Positions 39,972 through 54,096 of a stretch of 64,000 nt of DNA are shown here, piece after piece (positions within the stretch are counted from its first letter, which is position 1; the number at the start of each line of letters is the position of its first letter). Source of the stretch: Vicugna vicugna (lineage: Eukaryota); assembly GCA_013265495.1 (NCBI GenBank), contig MU057984.1, forward strand, positions 248,001 to 312,000, given 5' to 3'. The notes beneath the pieces were generated by a model. It saw only the letters and a program-made list of their open reading frames with translations, ran no database searches and was not told where the DNA came from. The position numbers and the translations under genes are program-made.

Positions 39972-42900
39972 ACATGAGGTATCATTTTCACCCATCAGGA
40001 TGGTTATAATAAAAAAGTCAGATGATAGCAAGTGTTAATGTTGATGCAGAGATCTTTGAACCCTCATACACTACTGGTAGAATGCAAAATGGTACAGCCA
40101 GTTTGAAAATAGTCTGGCAGCTCTTCAAATATTTAAACATAGAGTTACAATATGATCCAACAATTCTACTCCCAGCTATGAGTGTGTGTGTGTGTATGTA
40201 TGTATATGTATAATACTCAACAGAAATGAAAATGCATGCACACAAAAACTTGTACACTAATGTTTACAGCAACATTATTCAGGTAGAAACAATTCAAATG
40301 TCCATCAAATGAGGAATGGATAAACAAAATATTATTTGGCCATTAAAAGGGATGAAGTACTGACACATGACAAAACATTGATGAACTACAGAAACATTAT
40401 GCTAAGTGAAAGCAGCCAGTCACAAAATACCTCATATTCTATGATTCTTTTTATATGAAATCTCTAAAATGACAAATCTATATACAGAAAAAGCAAATGA
40501 TTGCTTAGGGCTGCAAGGAGGTGTAAATGATGAGAGGTTGACAGCTAAAGGGTCTTGGGTTTCTTTGTGAGGTTATGGTTACACATATCAATGAATATAC
40601 TAAAAGCCACTGAATTATATACTTTAAATTGGTAAACTGCATGGTATGTGAATGAAACCTCAATAAAGCTGTTAGAGATAAAATACCTAAATAAATAGAA
40701 GAATAGAGTTTTGAGAATGAGTTTATATATTTTTCACTTGATGTAAATTCAAATGACAGGTATTACCTTATATGACTATACTTTGAAGTCTTCCAAGTAA
40801 CTAGATTATAACAGAACCTATTATATTTGTAGTTAAAAATAAATTTAAAGATCAACAACAGAGCTGTGTGTCCCTTGCTTTTCCTGAGATATTTCAATGT
40901 ATTATATGGATTACTAATTTCCTTCCAAAAGATAATCCTATTCTTTCATAGACTGTAATGGAACTTGATGGCTTACAATTGTGGTGATCCTATGTGAAAA
41001 ATGCATAGGATTTGAATTATATTCCTAAGTGAATTAAAGAAATTTTATTTCCAAAAGTCTTTACAAGTTTGAAAACTGGTTTTGCCAAAACCAAATATAA
41101 TAAATATAATAAAAATACAAGCTTAACTCAAGGTATTTTGAGAAACATTAAAGTACACTTTTAACATTAGGTGACCACTGGCAGTGCTGACAATATAGCA
41201 GATTGTTTCAATTAAACTCAGTTTAATCACTAAAACTAACATTTAAAATGATACTCTGTTAAATGAAGTTTACTTTTTTATTCTATTTGAAATACCTTTG
41301 TGGTTATTTGATAGAATGCAGAGATGTAGAGTTTATTTTTCAAAGAATATTTAATAAACTTAAAGTAGGAATTTAGTTTCATTTTTATTATAATAATCTT
41401 ACAGTCTTTTTCATACTGAAGAATAATTTAGGTATTACAGCAATGTATTTAATCTTTGTAAAATGGGTAAACCTACCAGAACTTACCTAGAGTGTTAGCT
41501 ATTACTAATAAATATTTACTATATGTTTATGATCACTTTGCATTAAACAGTTGTCATGGAAGGATTTAGTGGATATCTGTCACCTATTTGACTGCTAATT
41601 ATTAGTAAATATTACCAAATCAGGAAAGTCAGAATTAGGTGGAAGGAGGGAGAGAAGGAAAATAGTGTTCCTACAATATGCATTTCCAGTATGTCTGTCA
41701 GGTATCCCTTGGGAGAGAAGAAATTGGGTCAATAAAAGATGCTAGAAACTGAAGTGATAATTTTTAAGAATGAGGGTTTTGAGCTCTGTGTAAGCAGATC
41801 AGCAAAACCAACCCAGGGCTTTTTCTTTAAATGTCCTTACATATAGTTTTCACGGGTGGCATAGAACATAGAGGAACTTCCACACTGGGGAGGTGACTTA
41901 GATAAGTGCTGCTGGATCCACTAGAGTTTTCCTGCCTACCTATGACTATTGAGGTCTGTAACAACATACTCTTCCTGTTCATAAATTTCAACATCCTCAG
42001 AACCACAAGTAGATGAGATTTTAAATCAATATCTACAACCAGGTGAAAGTGCAGGTTTTATGCAGTCTGAGGCTTTCACAATTTAGGGATCATTCTTCAA
42101 GAGAAAAGAATATAAAACTACAACTATAATAGTAGGTGTAGGGACCAGAAAAGGGGGTCAAAAAAGTGAAGAATCAGAAAGTTTATGCTCCTTTAGTATC
42201 ACTGTGAATCTGCACCTGAAATCACTAAATGTTTCAGGAATATTTCATGGCCAGATTTAATAATTCTTGTGCCTAGAGATGAAGTGCTTTAATGGTGATG
42301 AGATTAGAATATTATTAATAGCCAATATGTATTAGGTATACCATATAGCATTTAAATTCTCAACATACGTTATCTCATTAAATTTTCATCTACGAGAGAA
42401 GAGACAGGTGCAATTATTTTCTCCATTAGTGAAGAGCTGATGAACACCTGAATTATAACAGTGGCAGTACAGAAAAAGGAAAGGAAATAAATGACAGAAA
42501 ATTTTAGGTCTACAAGATGAATTTCAGATATGGGCTCAAAAGAAAGAAGTTTCAAGTAGTATGCCCAGATTTTTAGGATAAGAGATAGGTCAAGTCCTAC
42601 CATATGAAATGATAAAGATTATGTAATGAGAAACAAATAAATGGAGAATTATAGTGCATTCATTTTGAATTTGAGGGATATATCTCTATATTTACCTACC
42701 TACCTACCTATTTATACATCTGTATCATATATATCTAGGTGGGCATGTCTAGTCTGCCTCTGAACATGTAAGTTGAAAAAAGAAGGAAAAGGGCAGGAAT
42801 AAATACTGGTGATGTTAATGGCCACTTTAATTATGGGAGTGTACAAAGTCCCCTAGGGGATGCATAAAAAGGAATAATAGCCCCAGTAGGGTAAGAAGAG

Positions 42901-45900
42901 CCTTGAAGATTTCCATATGGATGGAATAAACAGAACTCACAAAGAGACTAAGAAATCTTGCCAAGGGGATGGAGAAGAAATGCAGGGAACAAGGATAAAG
43001 CCTTTACCTCAAATGTCTATAATTCTAAGAGTAGATTCTTAACCATTCAGGTTGAATGCTACAGAGATCCAGTAACATGCAGACTGAGAATGGTCCACTG
43101 AAAGCAACTAACTGCATTGCTACAGCGGTAGCACAAGCTAGATTGGAGAAGCTAAGAACTAGTCATGCAAGAACAGAAACTGCAAATGTAGATCCCTCTA
43201 CTGAGAAGTATGTTTGCCAAGGGAAAGGCATGAATTTCTTTCGCTTTTGAAATGTGAGAACGCTTGGGAGCTGAAAGTGAAGGGACTACTCTCACAGAAG
43301 ATGGAGCTGTGATAAATATGGAGAAGAGCCCAAGAACAGGTTCTGAGATAAAATAAAAGATACATATAGCAAAGTTGATAGAGAAGATTCCTACTATTCA
43401 GAGACTAGTACGAAGGCGATAGGAGGGTTTAAGGAAGAATATGTGTTCATGTTGCCCCTTTTCTTCCAAGAGAGAAAAGGTGCAGTCATTTGCCCAGAGG
43501 AGGGTGGATATGGGGAAAAGACTGGAGTGAAGAGGATGTCTGATAAGAGGGATAACAGTGTGAGACAAAAATATCTATCAGGAGGATTAAGAGAAAAAGT
43601 ATACAAGCCAACCATCACAGTGCTTTGTGTACTGTTAGTGCTCAATAAATATTAGACCTACCCCAATCCAGTATCATAAAGGAGTCAGAGGATCTCTGAG
43701 ATCTGGGAAGTGAGACAAGTGATGTTTCTTTTGCATGGGAAATTGTTATATATGTACATCTGTTGGACAGAGTTTGATGCATCTATTATGGACACATGCA
43801 CTTTCTTTATAGCTTCATTTCCTTCCAGTGAAAGCATCACAATGTTAAATGGTAGAATGGAAAAAATATTTTTTCTAAGTGATGGAGCTGAAATAAATAT
43901 GGATGTAAGTAAATTATTTTTTTTTACTAATTTTGGCAACAGCTATTGTTAATCAGAAATGTGGGATTTTCATTAAGAATTTCAAAAAGGTAAAGATTAC
44001 TAGGCAACATTAATATGAAAGGGCAGAAGACGTCAAAACTACGTTCTTTTAATGAGTTTAGAACTTTGAGAGATTATATGATCTTATTTCCGCTCCTTTC
44101 CTGAAATTAGCAGGAACACTGGGCTATCTCTACTTCTCCACATAAACACTTGCCATTTTTTCCTTTTCCAATCCTCCCATAAAAACAAGATGTATTTCTT
44201 TATTACCATATTTATTGCTAGGACTTTGCTGGTATATTCTATTGAAATTGGTTTATGCCATAAAATTAACTTTTTTAAACCTTTAACTCTAATATTCTTT
44301 ACCTCAAATTCTAATACAATGTTATTTACTAAAGTTAAAATGCTGACATTCTTTTCCTTTTATGAATGAAGTCTACTGCTTCACAACCGAATGTACATTG
44401 TTAAGGATATGTATTTGATTTGACCGGCTACTATCTCAATTTAGAATATTCTGTCTTTGTAAACTTACTTTATTTAAATATATACTGAAGGAAATGAAAA
44501 CAGAAACTTGGGCTGAAAGCTTCCTCTATAAACTCAACTGCATAGAAAATTAAGTTAGACATGAATCATGATTGGCCAATTATACTGTAAAAGTTCTATG
44601 CATAATCCTTTAAAATTGTTTGCAGTTCTATTTTTCCTAATTTTCACAATAATCTTCTTACTGAAATGGATAGTTAACAGTGAGATGAAGGACAAATAAT
44701 AGTCTTAGAAAAATACTAAGTGAAAGACTTTTAAATGTAAACTACTTCACACATATATAATTAAACAGCATCTTAATATACCATAGTCTTCATTCGTAAG
44801 CCTATACTGTGAGTTTCATGTCAAATCTATGCTATGTATCCTTATTTATGCTTTCTTAGACTGAAAATTCTTCAATATTTGAATTATCCTCTTTAATCAA
44901 CTGTATTAATGTTAGTTCTATTTGTAAACACACCTATAAGTGCCTCTCTGTCAACACTTACCCACCGTGTTACGAGAGCTACTTATCTGTTAGTCTTTCA
45001 AAGGGATGAATATGGAAATCTTCATGATTTTGCCCAAAGGAATTAATGCTCAGTAGTGTTGATGAATAAATGGCTGAATAAATGAATAGCCTGGACTGAC
45101 AGTCCTAGCTGGGTTTATAATGCACACAGCTTTACCCAGTTATCTCAAAAGGGATTAAAAAGTTTTGAAAATAAATTCTTCATTTAAAAATTCAACAGCC
45201 CATTGAAAAGCTGGAGGTAATAAAGGTTAAAAAAAAGACAAAAACTTAACTTAACATGAGAGGTTTCAAACTGTCAGCTGGTCAAACGTGCCCTCACACT
45301 TGCTTGTCCAGCTCAAGATTTTATTTTTATTTTCTGTAATTTGAATGTGTAGACAGGGCATTTACTCTTCAGTTCGCCATAGGCTCCAGCATCCCTATTT
45401 CTGTAGATCAGATTCAATTCATAAATCCTTGTTACCTGCTTAGTCACCTGGCATTTGAATCTGGGATCTCAGACCTCCTAGGAAGGCAAAGTGAACAGAC
45501 TACCCTGTACCTTATCATTTGCAATCACCATCTCAGATTCAGAAATATTTTATAGTTAACACAAAGCCATAGTAAAATAACAAATGAAAAGTCCTAGTAA
45601 AGAAATTATATTCCTATTATGATCCACTGCTTTGAAAAGAAGTGCAAGAAAAAGTATAAATTAATTTTGAGTACTTTAAATTATTTAGTCATATAGTTTG
45701 TATCTTATCACTTATACACTTATAATTAATAATGTAAATGTATTAACATTCTGTTAAATCTGGCTTAGTCCTGCCTGATCACAAATATACAAAATAAAAG
45801 AAACCAAAACTAGGTATCCAACTAAAAAAGGCCCTTGTCCAGATGAAAGATAAATTATTTGTAAATAGCACTGTTTTCCTCTGGTATCTCCTGCTGTCAA

Positions 45901-46284
45901 AATCCCTCCCATCCTTTAGAGGCAGCCTCAGACTCAACTTCAGGGCAACTTCTGTAACCAAGTTCACTTTAAAAGCAAGAGCTCACATTTCTCAAAGTGC
46001 ACTTATTGTCTTAATCAGATAACCACTCTTTAACAAGGACAGGTTGGCAAACTTCAGTATCAGTATTTGACACGCAAATTCAGTACATAATTTAAATGAC
46101 TATGATGCATATTGGTTATTTATAAAGTAAAATATCAGTCAACAATTGGTATTTATATAGCTGAACTATTTCTTCAATTATATTAGGAATATCCTATTAG
46201 TTGAAATAATCTCTTCTTCGCATTTTAGTATTTCACAGTACCTGAGCCAGTGCTAGATATTGCAGTCTCCACATTATTGATTAC

Positions 46285-46459
46285 CTGTATTATTTGCAGA
46301 GTTAATTCCTTGAGATTGAGTCAATTTAACTTGAGTTCCTGGAACCTGAGGAATGCAGACTGTTTTGGGGAAATTAAAATGTTGTGGAAGGCTTAGTTCT
46401 GTATTGTATGAAGTGGAATTTGGCCTCTTCAGCTTTGAAATATTAAAGAGTATACAAGT
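46285..46459 (-). CDS. CFAP47: CFAP47 internal exon, 175 nt: TCILFNISKLKRPNSTSYNTELSLPQHFNFPKTVCIPQVPGTQVKLTQSQGINSANNT
   Basis: Absent from the ORF track and found by manual reading. Acceptor ctctctgtttatttacag|ACT, donor ACAG|gtaatc; phase 0 to 1 bridges the flanking exons exactly. Confidence 0.9.
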
Positions 46460-47159
46460 CTGTAAATAAACAGAGAGTAAAATTGGAATGTAATTCTCTT
46501 ACTCTTTATCTCCAAAACACAAAAGATAGCGTTAAGTATTTAGACTCCATATTTGGGAAAAAAAAATCCCTCAAGAGATTGTAATTTGTTAATTTCTTTA
46601 GACATACTATTATTTATTTGGTGGAAGGCAACACTAACATGTTTCATAGACTCAAGGGAGTCATCCTTTACTAAGAGATGCTCAATTTCCCAAGCCTGAA
46701 TCCTTTCAGTGTTGAGGAATTCACTGTCTTAGGAAGAAATCATTCCACTGGTGAACAGCACTGAGGAAGTACTTCCCTCCGTGAGTTGAACCTTGTGTTC
46801 CTTAACATCTATGCATCAGCTTATTCTTATTAATAGTACAATTAGTCCCCTCCCTTTTGCTAATGACAATTTGGAGAAAAAATATTTATGTACATATAAG
46901 ACCAGGTCCTGCCCCTCCACCAACCTCCAAACAACCCTTTCAAATAGGTTTGAATTTTCAGTCCATTCAACCATGACTTATATAATGTGAGTTATAACTT
47001 AACCCCATACATACGCTCCTCTGGACACAATCTAGTTCAATACCGTCCTTCTTAAAATAGGACACTGAAGATAAATCCAGCTCCCTAAGAGTGAGCCAAG
47101 CAATGCAAAGCACAGAGGTATGCAATCACTTATTTTTATCAGGACGTTCTACTGCTAAA

Positions 47160-47385
47160 CACCGTAGTACAGCGTAATGGTTAGACCAAGCCTTCTCGAA
47201 GCTAGACTGTCTGCACTTGTACCCCAACTCTAAGTCAGCTTGGCCAGGTGATTAACCAAAGCTGGAAAGTCTTCATTTCTAAGATATGGGCAATAGTAGT
47301 TCACACTGCCTAGCCCTGGTGGGAGTATTTAAAGTGTTAACAAATGCCAGATTCTTGGAGCACATTTTAATTATTCAATAAATGT
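47160..47385 (+). mobile_element. MIR relic
   Basis: 'agcgtaatggttag...gctagactgtctg...ttcatttctaagatatgggcaatagtagt...ttcaataaatgtt'. Confidence 0.65.
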
Positions 47386-47751
47386 TGGCCATCATGATCA
47401 TCCCCATTGTTGTCCACATCATCATCAGCAGCATGACTGCAATCATGATATCATTACACAGCAAAAATAAATTTCAGTTCCCCTGGCAATTATCTCATTC
47501 ACTGGGTTCATTATCTGTAAAATCCACAAGGATTTTTTTCTCACAAAGTCACATTTTCTCCCTACTTTATTTTGGCAATTAAAATCATGTAAACACAGAA
47601 ATAGAAATCAATTCACTCACACTTATCATTGTTTTGGTTTATCTTTCTAGTCATTATGAACATATTATCTATTTATATCAGCAACTAGTTCTCTACCCAA
47701 ACGTGTATCATCTGCCTTCTGTATCTGCAAGTCATTCAAAATACTACGTAC

Positions 47752-49057
47752 TGACAGACTCTCTTCTCTTGATCAAACTCTAGTCAGGTTCCTCCAAGCT
47801 CTCTTCTCGACTAGGCCTCAATGTTAGCCTATAAAAAATGCATTCTCAGCAGAAAGGATTTTGTCCATCCATTTCCTTCATCCATACACACTAAGAGACT
47901 TGAACCAGCACTAACATAGTTTCTAACAGCTCAAGGCCATATCCCTAGGATGACTCAGGTCCCCTTTTCCAACTAAAAATTGGCACCTGGCATCTGCTTC
48001 TAAAGGATTGACTCACACTGGCACTTGCCATCTACCTCTACAAGGGACTAAGTCATGATCTGCTGTAGCTGCTGACCTTCAAACTCCCTGAAAGGAGTTT
48101 GAGGTGGGGGATCAGGAACGAGGAACTCCATGCTCTGGGAAAACTGGTGGAATAGGCCTTCAGATAGTCAGATATTTTCGGGAGAAGATTTTATGAGCCC
48201 AAATTCTAGATATGAGGGCATCTCCTCATATCTAGATCTAGAAAGGCACTAAAATCATTAACAGTGACATCTGCTCTTTGACCAGCAGTAACCTTGACAA
48301 GACTACCAGCGACCTTCTGCAAATAAAAAAATGTGTGCTTGATTGCATGTACTCCCCACTTTACCAAAATCACATATATCCTGACTTTCCCTTTACCTCT
48401 TCAGAGCAGGTCCTCAGAGCTATCTGAAACGCTGTCTCCCAGCTATAGTCCTTATTTTGCCCCAAATAAAACTAAACTCACAACTCTCATGTTGCACACA
48501 AGATTTTATTTCAGTCGACACCCTTGAAGTACCTACCTGGGAAAGTTCAATGCTACCAGGATAATTAACTGTTCCAGCTAAAATCTGGGGATAGGCAGAT
48601 AGGCTTCTGAACCCCTCCTAGAGCAGTTACTTTAGAAAGCTTGCCATTATAAATCCTTTCTCTCCCCTTCTGAGATGTAAATCTACCACTGGAGATGTAT
48701 TCTCAAGGACCTCAGAGCCCTCTCTTTGAAATGCAAAAATTCATGGAGAGAATGATCCCAGGCAGGTGGGTACTTAGTTCTAACTTGCATCACTACCCAC
48801 CTCCTGTCATAAAGATTTCAGAAGTTTATTCCTCTTGATAAGCATCAATTAACAAGTCCAGGTCACTTCCGTCAACTCCCTCCTGCTTCCTGTAAATTTA
48901 TACTTCCCAGACACTGCTCATTGTCCCTTTAAAACTCCCAGTTATTTCTGTTACAAACAGCTTAGTTCATGCTGGATCCTACTCCCTATTGCAACAGTTG
49001 CTGAATAAAGTCTATCCTTGCTTTATAACTAGGGTCCAGCTTTGCTTATCATTAGCA
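47752..49057 (+). mobile_element. ERV solo LTR split by a nested LTR
   Basis: TGacagactc start; 'gaataaagtctatccttg...attagCA' end. Confidence 0.72.
47966..48520 (+). mobile_element. Nested ERV1-like solo LTR with TSD CCCT
   Basis: ccct|tttccaactaaaaa...caaataaaac...ttcagtcgaCA|ccct. Confidence 0.82.
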
Positions 49058-51056
49058 CTAAGGACAAGTACTCACTATGTGATCTGGAGTGCACTTAAAT
49101 TATACAAAACCCTTTTCTTTATTCTTCTAAATCCTCACCAGGAGAATCTCTTAGATTTCCTTTTTTAAAATGACAAATTTCAAAATTTCAGTGAGTTTCC
49201 TTGCCATTTATCCCAGAGAACACTACATGGCTTTTAAACCATAAACTTGAGGAAGTTAATAGAAAACATAAGAAAATACCCTTGCAAGCTCTGCATCCTT
49301 CCAGTACCACTGAGTGTATCATTAGAGTTAGTTTATTAATGGCCAGGAGGATATGGTTTCAATACACGAGTGCTAAGTGGTGAAGTACCAGAAATTCACG
49401 CTCCTGACAAAAGATCCTGTCTCTCTGGGTACATTAAGTAGATACATCATAATGTTACTACCTTATAAATATTCCAAAAATTCCAACTGTACAGCACTGT
49501 AGAATAAAAAATTAGTCATACATGTCACTTTTCTTTGGTAGAAAAGTGATTACGTTTATTCAATTAGATTTAGTTCTAAACAGATTTATTTCAAAATGAT
49601 TTTAGATTTTGTTACAAGTTATTTTATGCTATAACAGAGAATTCTAGACTTTCACTTATTCCCTTATACAATTTCATGGTAGTAAACTAAGAAATGAACG
49701 TATGATCTACAGGCTATGCAGGCAAGGAAAAGAATAACAGACTGGGAGGGAAAAACCTAAGCCCATTTCTAATCTGTCACAAATCTGTGTCACCTTGTGC
49801 TACTATCTTACTACTCTGGGGTGTTTACAGGTCTCTAAAAGTAAGAGGTTGTAATACGTGTCTCTGAGTGTCCAGCTTTATTTGTTTTCTAGCTTGAAAA
49901 TACAATAATGTCTCTACCCTGATCTAGGCTGCGATCTCTGCCCTGTCAGTGAGGGCAACTTAGGTCTTTTTATGCCTTGGCCATTCCAGTTCTGTGTTAT
50001 AAGTGTAATTCTATCATCTCTACCTTTTTCCATGGGGTCACTGAAATAATTTGAAAAGTGCACAGAAAAGCATTTGAGGGAAAAAAAGTAAAATATTATG
50101 CAAGTAGGGGATGTTTTTAAAATTAATCTTGTTTACTGTCCTGCTGTAAAAATATTAGCATTACTATATTTCAAGAGTGCACGGATAACTGCACTTGAAA
50201 GCAAACCTCTGTAACTACATGGAGAGAAACAAAATAAGGTGCTACACATTCTCATTTTCTTAAACTGGCACATTCAACTTTTCTCCAGTTATTTTATGCA
50301 TTTGGAGATTTCTTGCTGAAACAAAAAAATGCATGATATTCACAGAATTCAAAGAAAACAGTAATTTCTGGGTGAAAAAATCAATTTTTAAATTTAGAGA
50401 CTAAACATTTAAATTTGAAAGAAGTCAAGATTTAATCACAAATAATAACAACAATTATTATTATGTCCACCAAAAAATTCAGAGAAGTTGAGCTAGAACT
50501 GTTCAGAATTCTGCAAGCTCCCCACCCCCGCAACAAAGGACAAAACCGAGCAATTAATCATTGGGACAACAGACTGACAGACTCAATGCCTGATACATAT
50601 TCCTGAGTTGATTTACAGATACTGTAACTGCCACCAGAGGGAAAAAAGTTAATTGTATGATGACCAGAATGCAGCCATGACATAAGCTTCTCCACCTTGA
50701 GCAGTACTTGAATCTATGGCCAGAATACAGTTCCAAAAACTAGCCCTAAGAGAAGAGGATTAACATTTTTGCTTATAATAATCTATATCTTTGTGGGCAT
50801 CAAAATAATTGTAATTTGTTCTGCCCATATATGTAAGTGGGGAACTAAAATCGTCAGCAAAGAGATGCTATGGACCCATGTTAACATCTTCCACTCTGAA
50901 AACATGGTGTGCTATGTCAGCATGAAGAAGTTACACAAGACGGAACTTCACTCCTAATTCCATAGAAATGGAGTGATGTTTGACAGTGGGGAATTGAAAG
51001 CAGCTCTTTTGCCCCTTTTCTCTTCACCCATTTTTATCCCCTTCTAACGCTAACCT

Positions 51057-51537
51057 AGTTAAAGGAATGAGTTCAGTAGGAAATTGAAACTAACTCCTGA
51101 CTTATGCTCTCCCAAATGCACACCATGCCTTGTCTAACCTGTTGATTCTTTTCCTAGATAAAAAGAATGAAGAATTAAGCAGTTAAAGAATTACTAGCTC
51201 TCTACTCCCAGTGGCCCCGTAAGCAATCTTATAGTCAGATCACATGGGCAAGATCACATCTGAAGAGTCAACCAGTCTGCACACAATGGAGAATGAAGCA
51301 GAATTCAGCCTTCCACCTTGATGATTCACTCAGATTCTTCCCCCACCCCCACCCCCATTTTCCCCTTTAAAAACTGTCATGGCTGAGCAGAATATTTGGA
51401 GCTGGTCTCTAGACATGAGTTCACTGTCTCCCCAGATTGCTAGCTTTTCTGATTAAAGCACCTTTCCTTTCTACTGACACTTGCCTCTCAATTACTGGCT
51501 TTTGAGCCGCGAGCAGCCAAATCTGAGTTTAATAACA
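51057..51537 (+). mobile_element. ERV1-like solo LTR
   Basis: 'ctttaaaaac' TATA-like box, ATTAAA, end 'gcgagcagccaaatctgagtttaataaca'. Confidence 0.8.
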
Positions 51538-51994
51538 CAGACATACAGATACTCATCCTGCAAATGTGGGAGGGAAATAAGGATACATCAACAGAAAGAT
51601 GATTCTGACTGTGAGAAATCAGACTATGAGGCAATGTGGATTGACCTCGGCCTATACAACGAAGACTACAGGTTTAAGGTGCCATTTGTTTGTTCAGGCA
51701 CATGTGTAATTCAAATTAAACAATGACAGTACTCCTCATGCACAAGACATTGAGGGAGAGACAAAAAACAGGTCACAAAAGTTTTGAGATTTCTAGAAAT
51801 TCACAATCTGATAGGAGAAATAGGTAAAGAGAAAAATAAATCCGCTACAAAACATAATTTGGTAAATGCACAAAGAAATACAAAGTGTGCTGGATTCCAG
51901 GGAGGAAGCTAAAAGAACAGAGAGAAAGACAGAAACTATATGCATACATAAATAATAGAAAGGAGATTCATGGACATTTAAATAAAATGTTTTG

Positions 51995-52134
51995 GGGGTA
52001 GGGTATAGGTCAAGTGGTAGAGCGCATGGTTAGCACACATAAGGTCCTGGGTTCAATCTCCAGTACCTCCGCTAGAAATAAATAGGTAAACCTAATCACC
52101 TTCCCCAATAAAAAATTAAAATAAACAAACAAAC
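51995..52134 (+). mobile_element. tRNA-Ala-derived SINE (Vic-1-like) with perfect 15-bp TSD
   Basis: TSD aaataaaatgttttg at 51980-51994 and 52135-52149; A box and B box (ggttcaatc). Confidence 0.93.
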
Positions 52135-52599
52135 AAATAAAATGTTTTGACAAGAGGTAAGAATGAAGGCAATGAATTTAAAGGAAAAGAGAGAGAAGGA
52201 GAGAGCTTAAAGTTTGAAAAAGCCCCCTATTGAACATTTTTATCGTAATGGTGCGCTGAAAGTTGAACCAAACCCTTCCCAAATGCACTGCTCTGTAGAA
52301 GAAGTGAGCATTTTGGTATGAGCTGAAGAGAGCCATTGGCTTCTTCAATGTCCAAAGTGGATGGGTTAGTCCGGAGGGTGTTCAGAGTCTTGGCCCTGGA
52401 TATTTTCCAGCTAATGAGAACTCAAAAAATCCACGTCATACATAAAATATCATCAATGGTTAGATATCAGTGATTAGACTGTACTGATTCTAACATTCTG
52501 AAAAATCAAAGAAGAAATCACCCCTATAATGCCAAATCTTTTGTTGTATATGTAAATGAAGGTAAATCTTAAACAACAAGGATGAAAACATTTCGCATC

Positions 52600-53190
52600 C
52601 ATTTCTTCAATGAACTAAGATTTAGTGACTTCCTTTGGCTCAGGACACACTTTTCCAGGCACTGGTGATATGAAAGTTAACTAAACAAACATTTTCTCAC
52701 AAATTCCCTTGCTGGAGATAAGAGTAAACACACAGATATACTACTCTCAGACAGTAAATGCTACCTGAGAAAATTCAAGTGAGTTTAGGGTTTGGAGAGT
52801 GGCTCACAGAAGTTTAAGGGATTTTTTAAAAAAATCTAAGTTGGTAAAGCAGAACCTCACTGGGAGCATTTTAGCAGACCTGAAGTTCCTGAGGGACGCA
52901 GCCTCTCACGGTCCAGGGAGGAGCAACAAAGGACCTGCAAAGGCCATGGGGAGCAGGCCTTCCTCAGGTGTTTGAAAAACTGAGAAGAGACCTGTGCTGA
53001 GCGAGGGACAGGAGGGAACGGGGTCCAGTGGAGACACTGAGATCAGGGAGGGGATGGGTCTGACTAGGAGGGTCAGTAAGACCATGGGAAGGATGTTGGT
53101 TTTCACCCTGATGTGAGCTGGAAAAGCCAGAGGAGCATGTGATCAGGTTTATGTTTCAGAGGAATCATCTTGGCACCTTTGTGGAGACTG
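52600..53190 (-). mobile_element. L2 relic
   Basis: 'ccaggcactggtgata', 'caaaggacctgcaaaggcc', 'ggaatcatcttggcacct' are L2-like. Confidence 0.55.
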
Positions 53191-53269
53191 ACAGTACCTT
53201 ATTTCAACTATAAAATAGAATTCAAGCTGTAATAATGGAGTCTACAGTAATAGTCATGGTCATAACGAC

Positions 53270-53650
53270 AACGCCTTATGTCTAGAGAGCACTTATTATA
53301 TACCAGCTACTATGCTAAGCATTTTATATAATTATTTCACTTAGCTTCCAAGGATTATCAGTATCTGCAGATTAAAAACAGCAAAATTGAAGTCTGAGAA
53401 TTTTTAAGCAACCAGCCCACAGTCAGACAGCTGGACAGTGTTAAAGTCTGGATTCTCAGCCTGGTAATCTGACCCCAGGGACAATCGTCTCTAGACCCTT
53501 AACAGAATATCCTGGGCAACTTTTAGAACATGTCCCCACCCACCTCCTTCCAGAGACTGATATTTAATTATTCTGGAGTGGGGCCTGGGCACTGGTAATG
53601 ACTTCTCCAGGGCATTCAGATGTACAGCTAGAATTGAGAACTTGTGTGAA
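53270..53650. mobile_element. MIR relic followed by a MER5-like MITE
   Basis: 'gagcacttattatataccag..tatgctaagcatttt' and 'tctggagtggggcctgggc...ttgagaac'. Confidence 0.55.
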
Positions 53651-53869
53651 ATGACCACTATACTGTAATGCCTAAAACTACCCAGTAGAATGTTTTGTTT
53701 AAGATTTATTATTTAATGAGGTCAAAGAAAAAAAAAGCAACTGAGCTGCCCTGGGGAAAATCAGCTTTCATCATTTTCCTACATAAAAATGTTATGATGA
53801 AGTAGTAAGAGCCCTGTCTATTTTTAAAGAGAGATTAATTTAAGCACGTCTTCTGTCCTCCGTACCCAC

Positions 53870-54096
53870 CTCAATCTTGCTCAGCCCCAGGAGGGCAACA
53901 GCCACGCGGATACTGCTGCTCTCCAGAGTGCCGGTGATCAACCTTTTCTCATACTCTATCTTCGATATCTGTTGCTGGGCTGCAAAAGTCAAGGCTTTTT
54001 CCTTGGCTTCATTTATCAGTGGCAATTTAAGGTCCACAAGCAGGATTTGATGGGATTTGGATTTCAGGTATAGAACTGGATCTTTGTTAGTAGGCA
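53870..54096 (-). CDS. CFAP47: CFAP47 internal exon, 227 nt: (V)PTNKDPVLYLKSKSHQILLVDLKLPLINEAKEKALTFAAQQQISKIEYEKRLITGTLESSSIRVAVALLGLSKIE
   Basis: Acceptor ttttccttcccctag|TG, donor GAG|gtgggt; phase 1 to 0; lies within ORF 53840..54127. Confidence 0.95.

Larger units (their letters stand above)
37700..40695 (+). mobile_element. Degraded L1 (L1MB-like): ORF2 with internal deletions plus 3' UTR
   Basis: ORF 39027..39311 (INRFSAIPIRMP..KLILKLIWN..DFKTYYKA..VWYWHKDR) is L1 ORF2p; 3' end 'ctcaataaagctgtt'. Confidence 0.93.

Noticed and set aside
13155..52134. tRNA-Ala genes
   Set aside because: The tRNA-like heads have extra tails, A-rich ends, TSDs and decayed stems, so they are SINEs.
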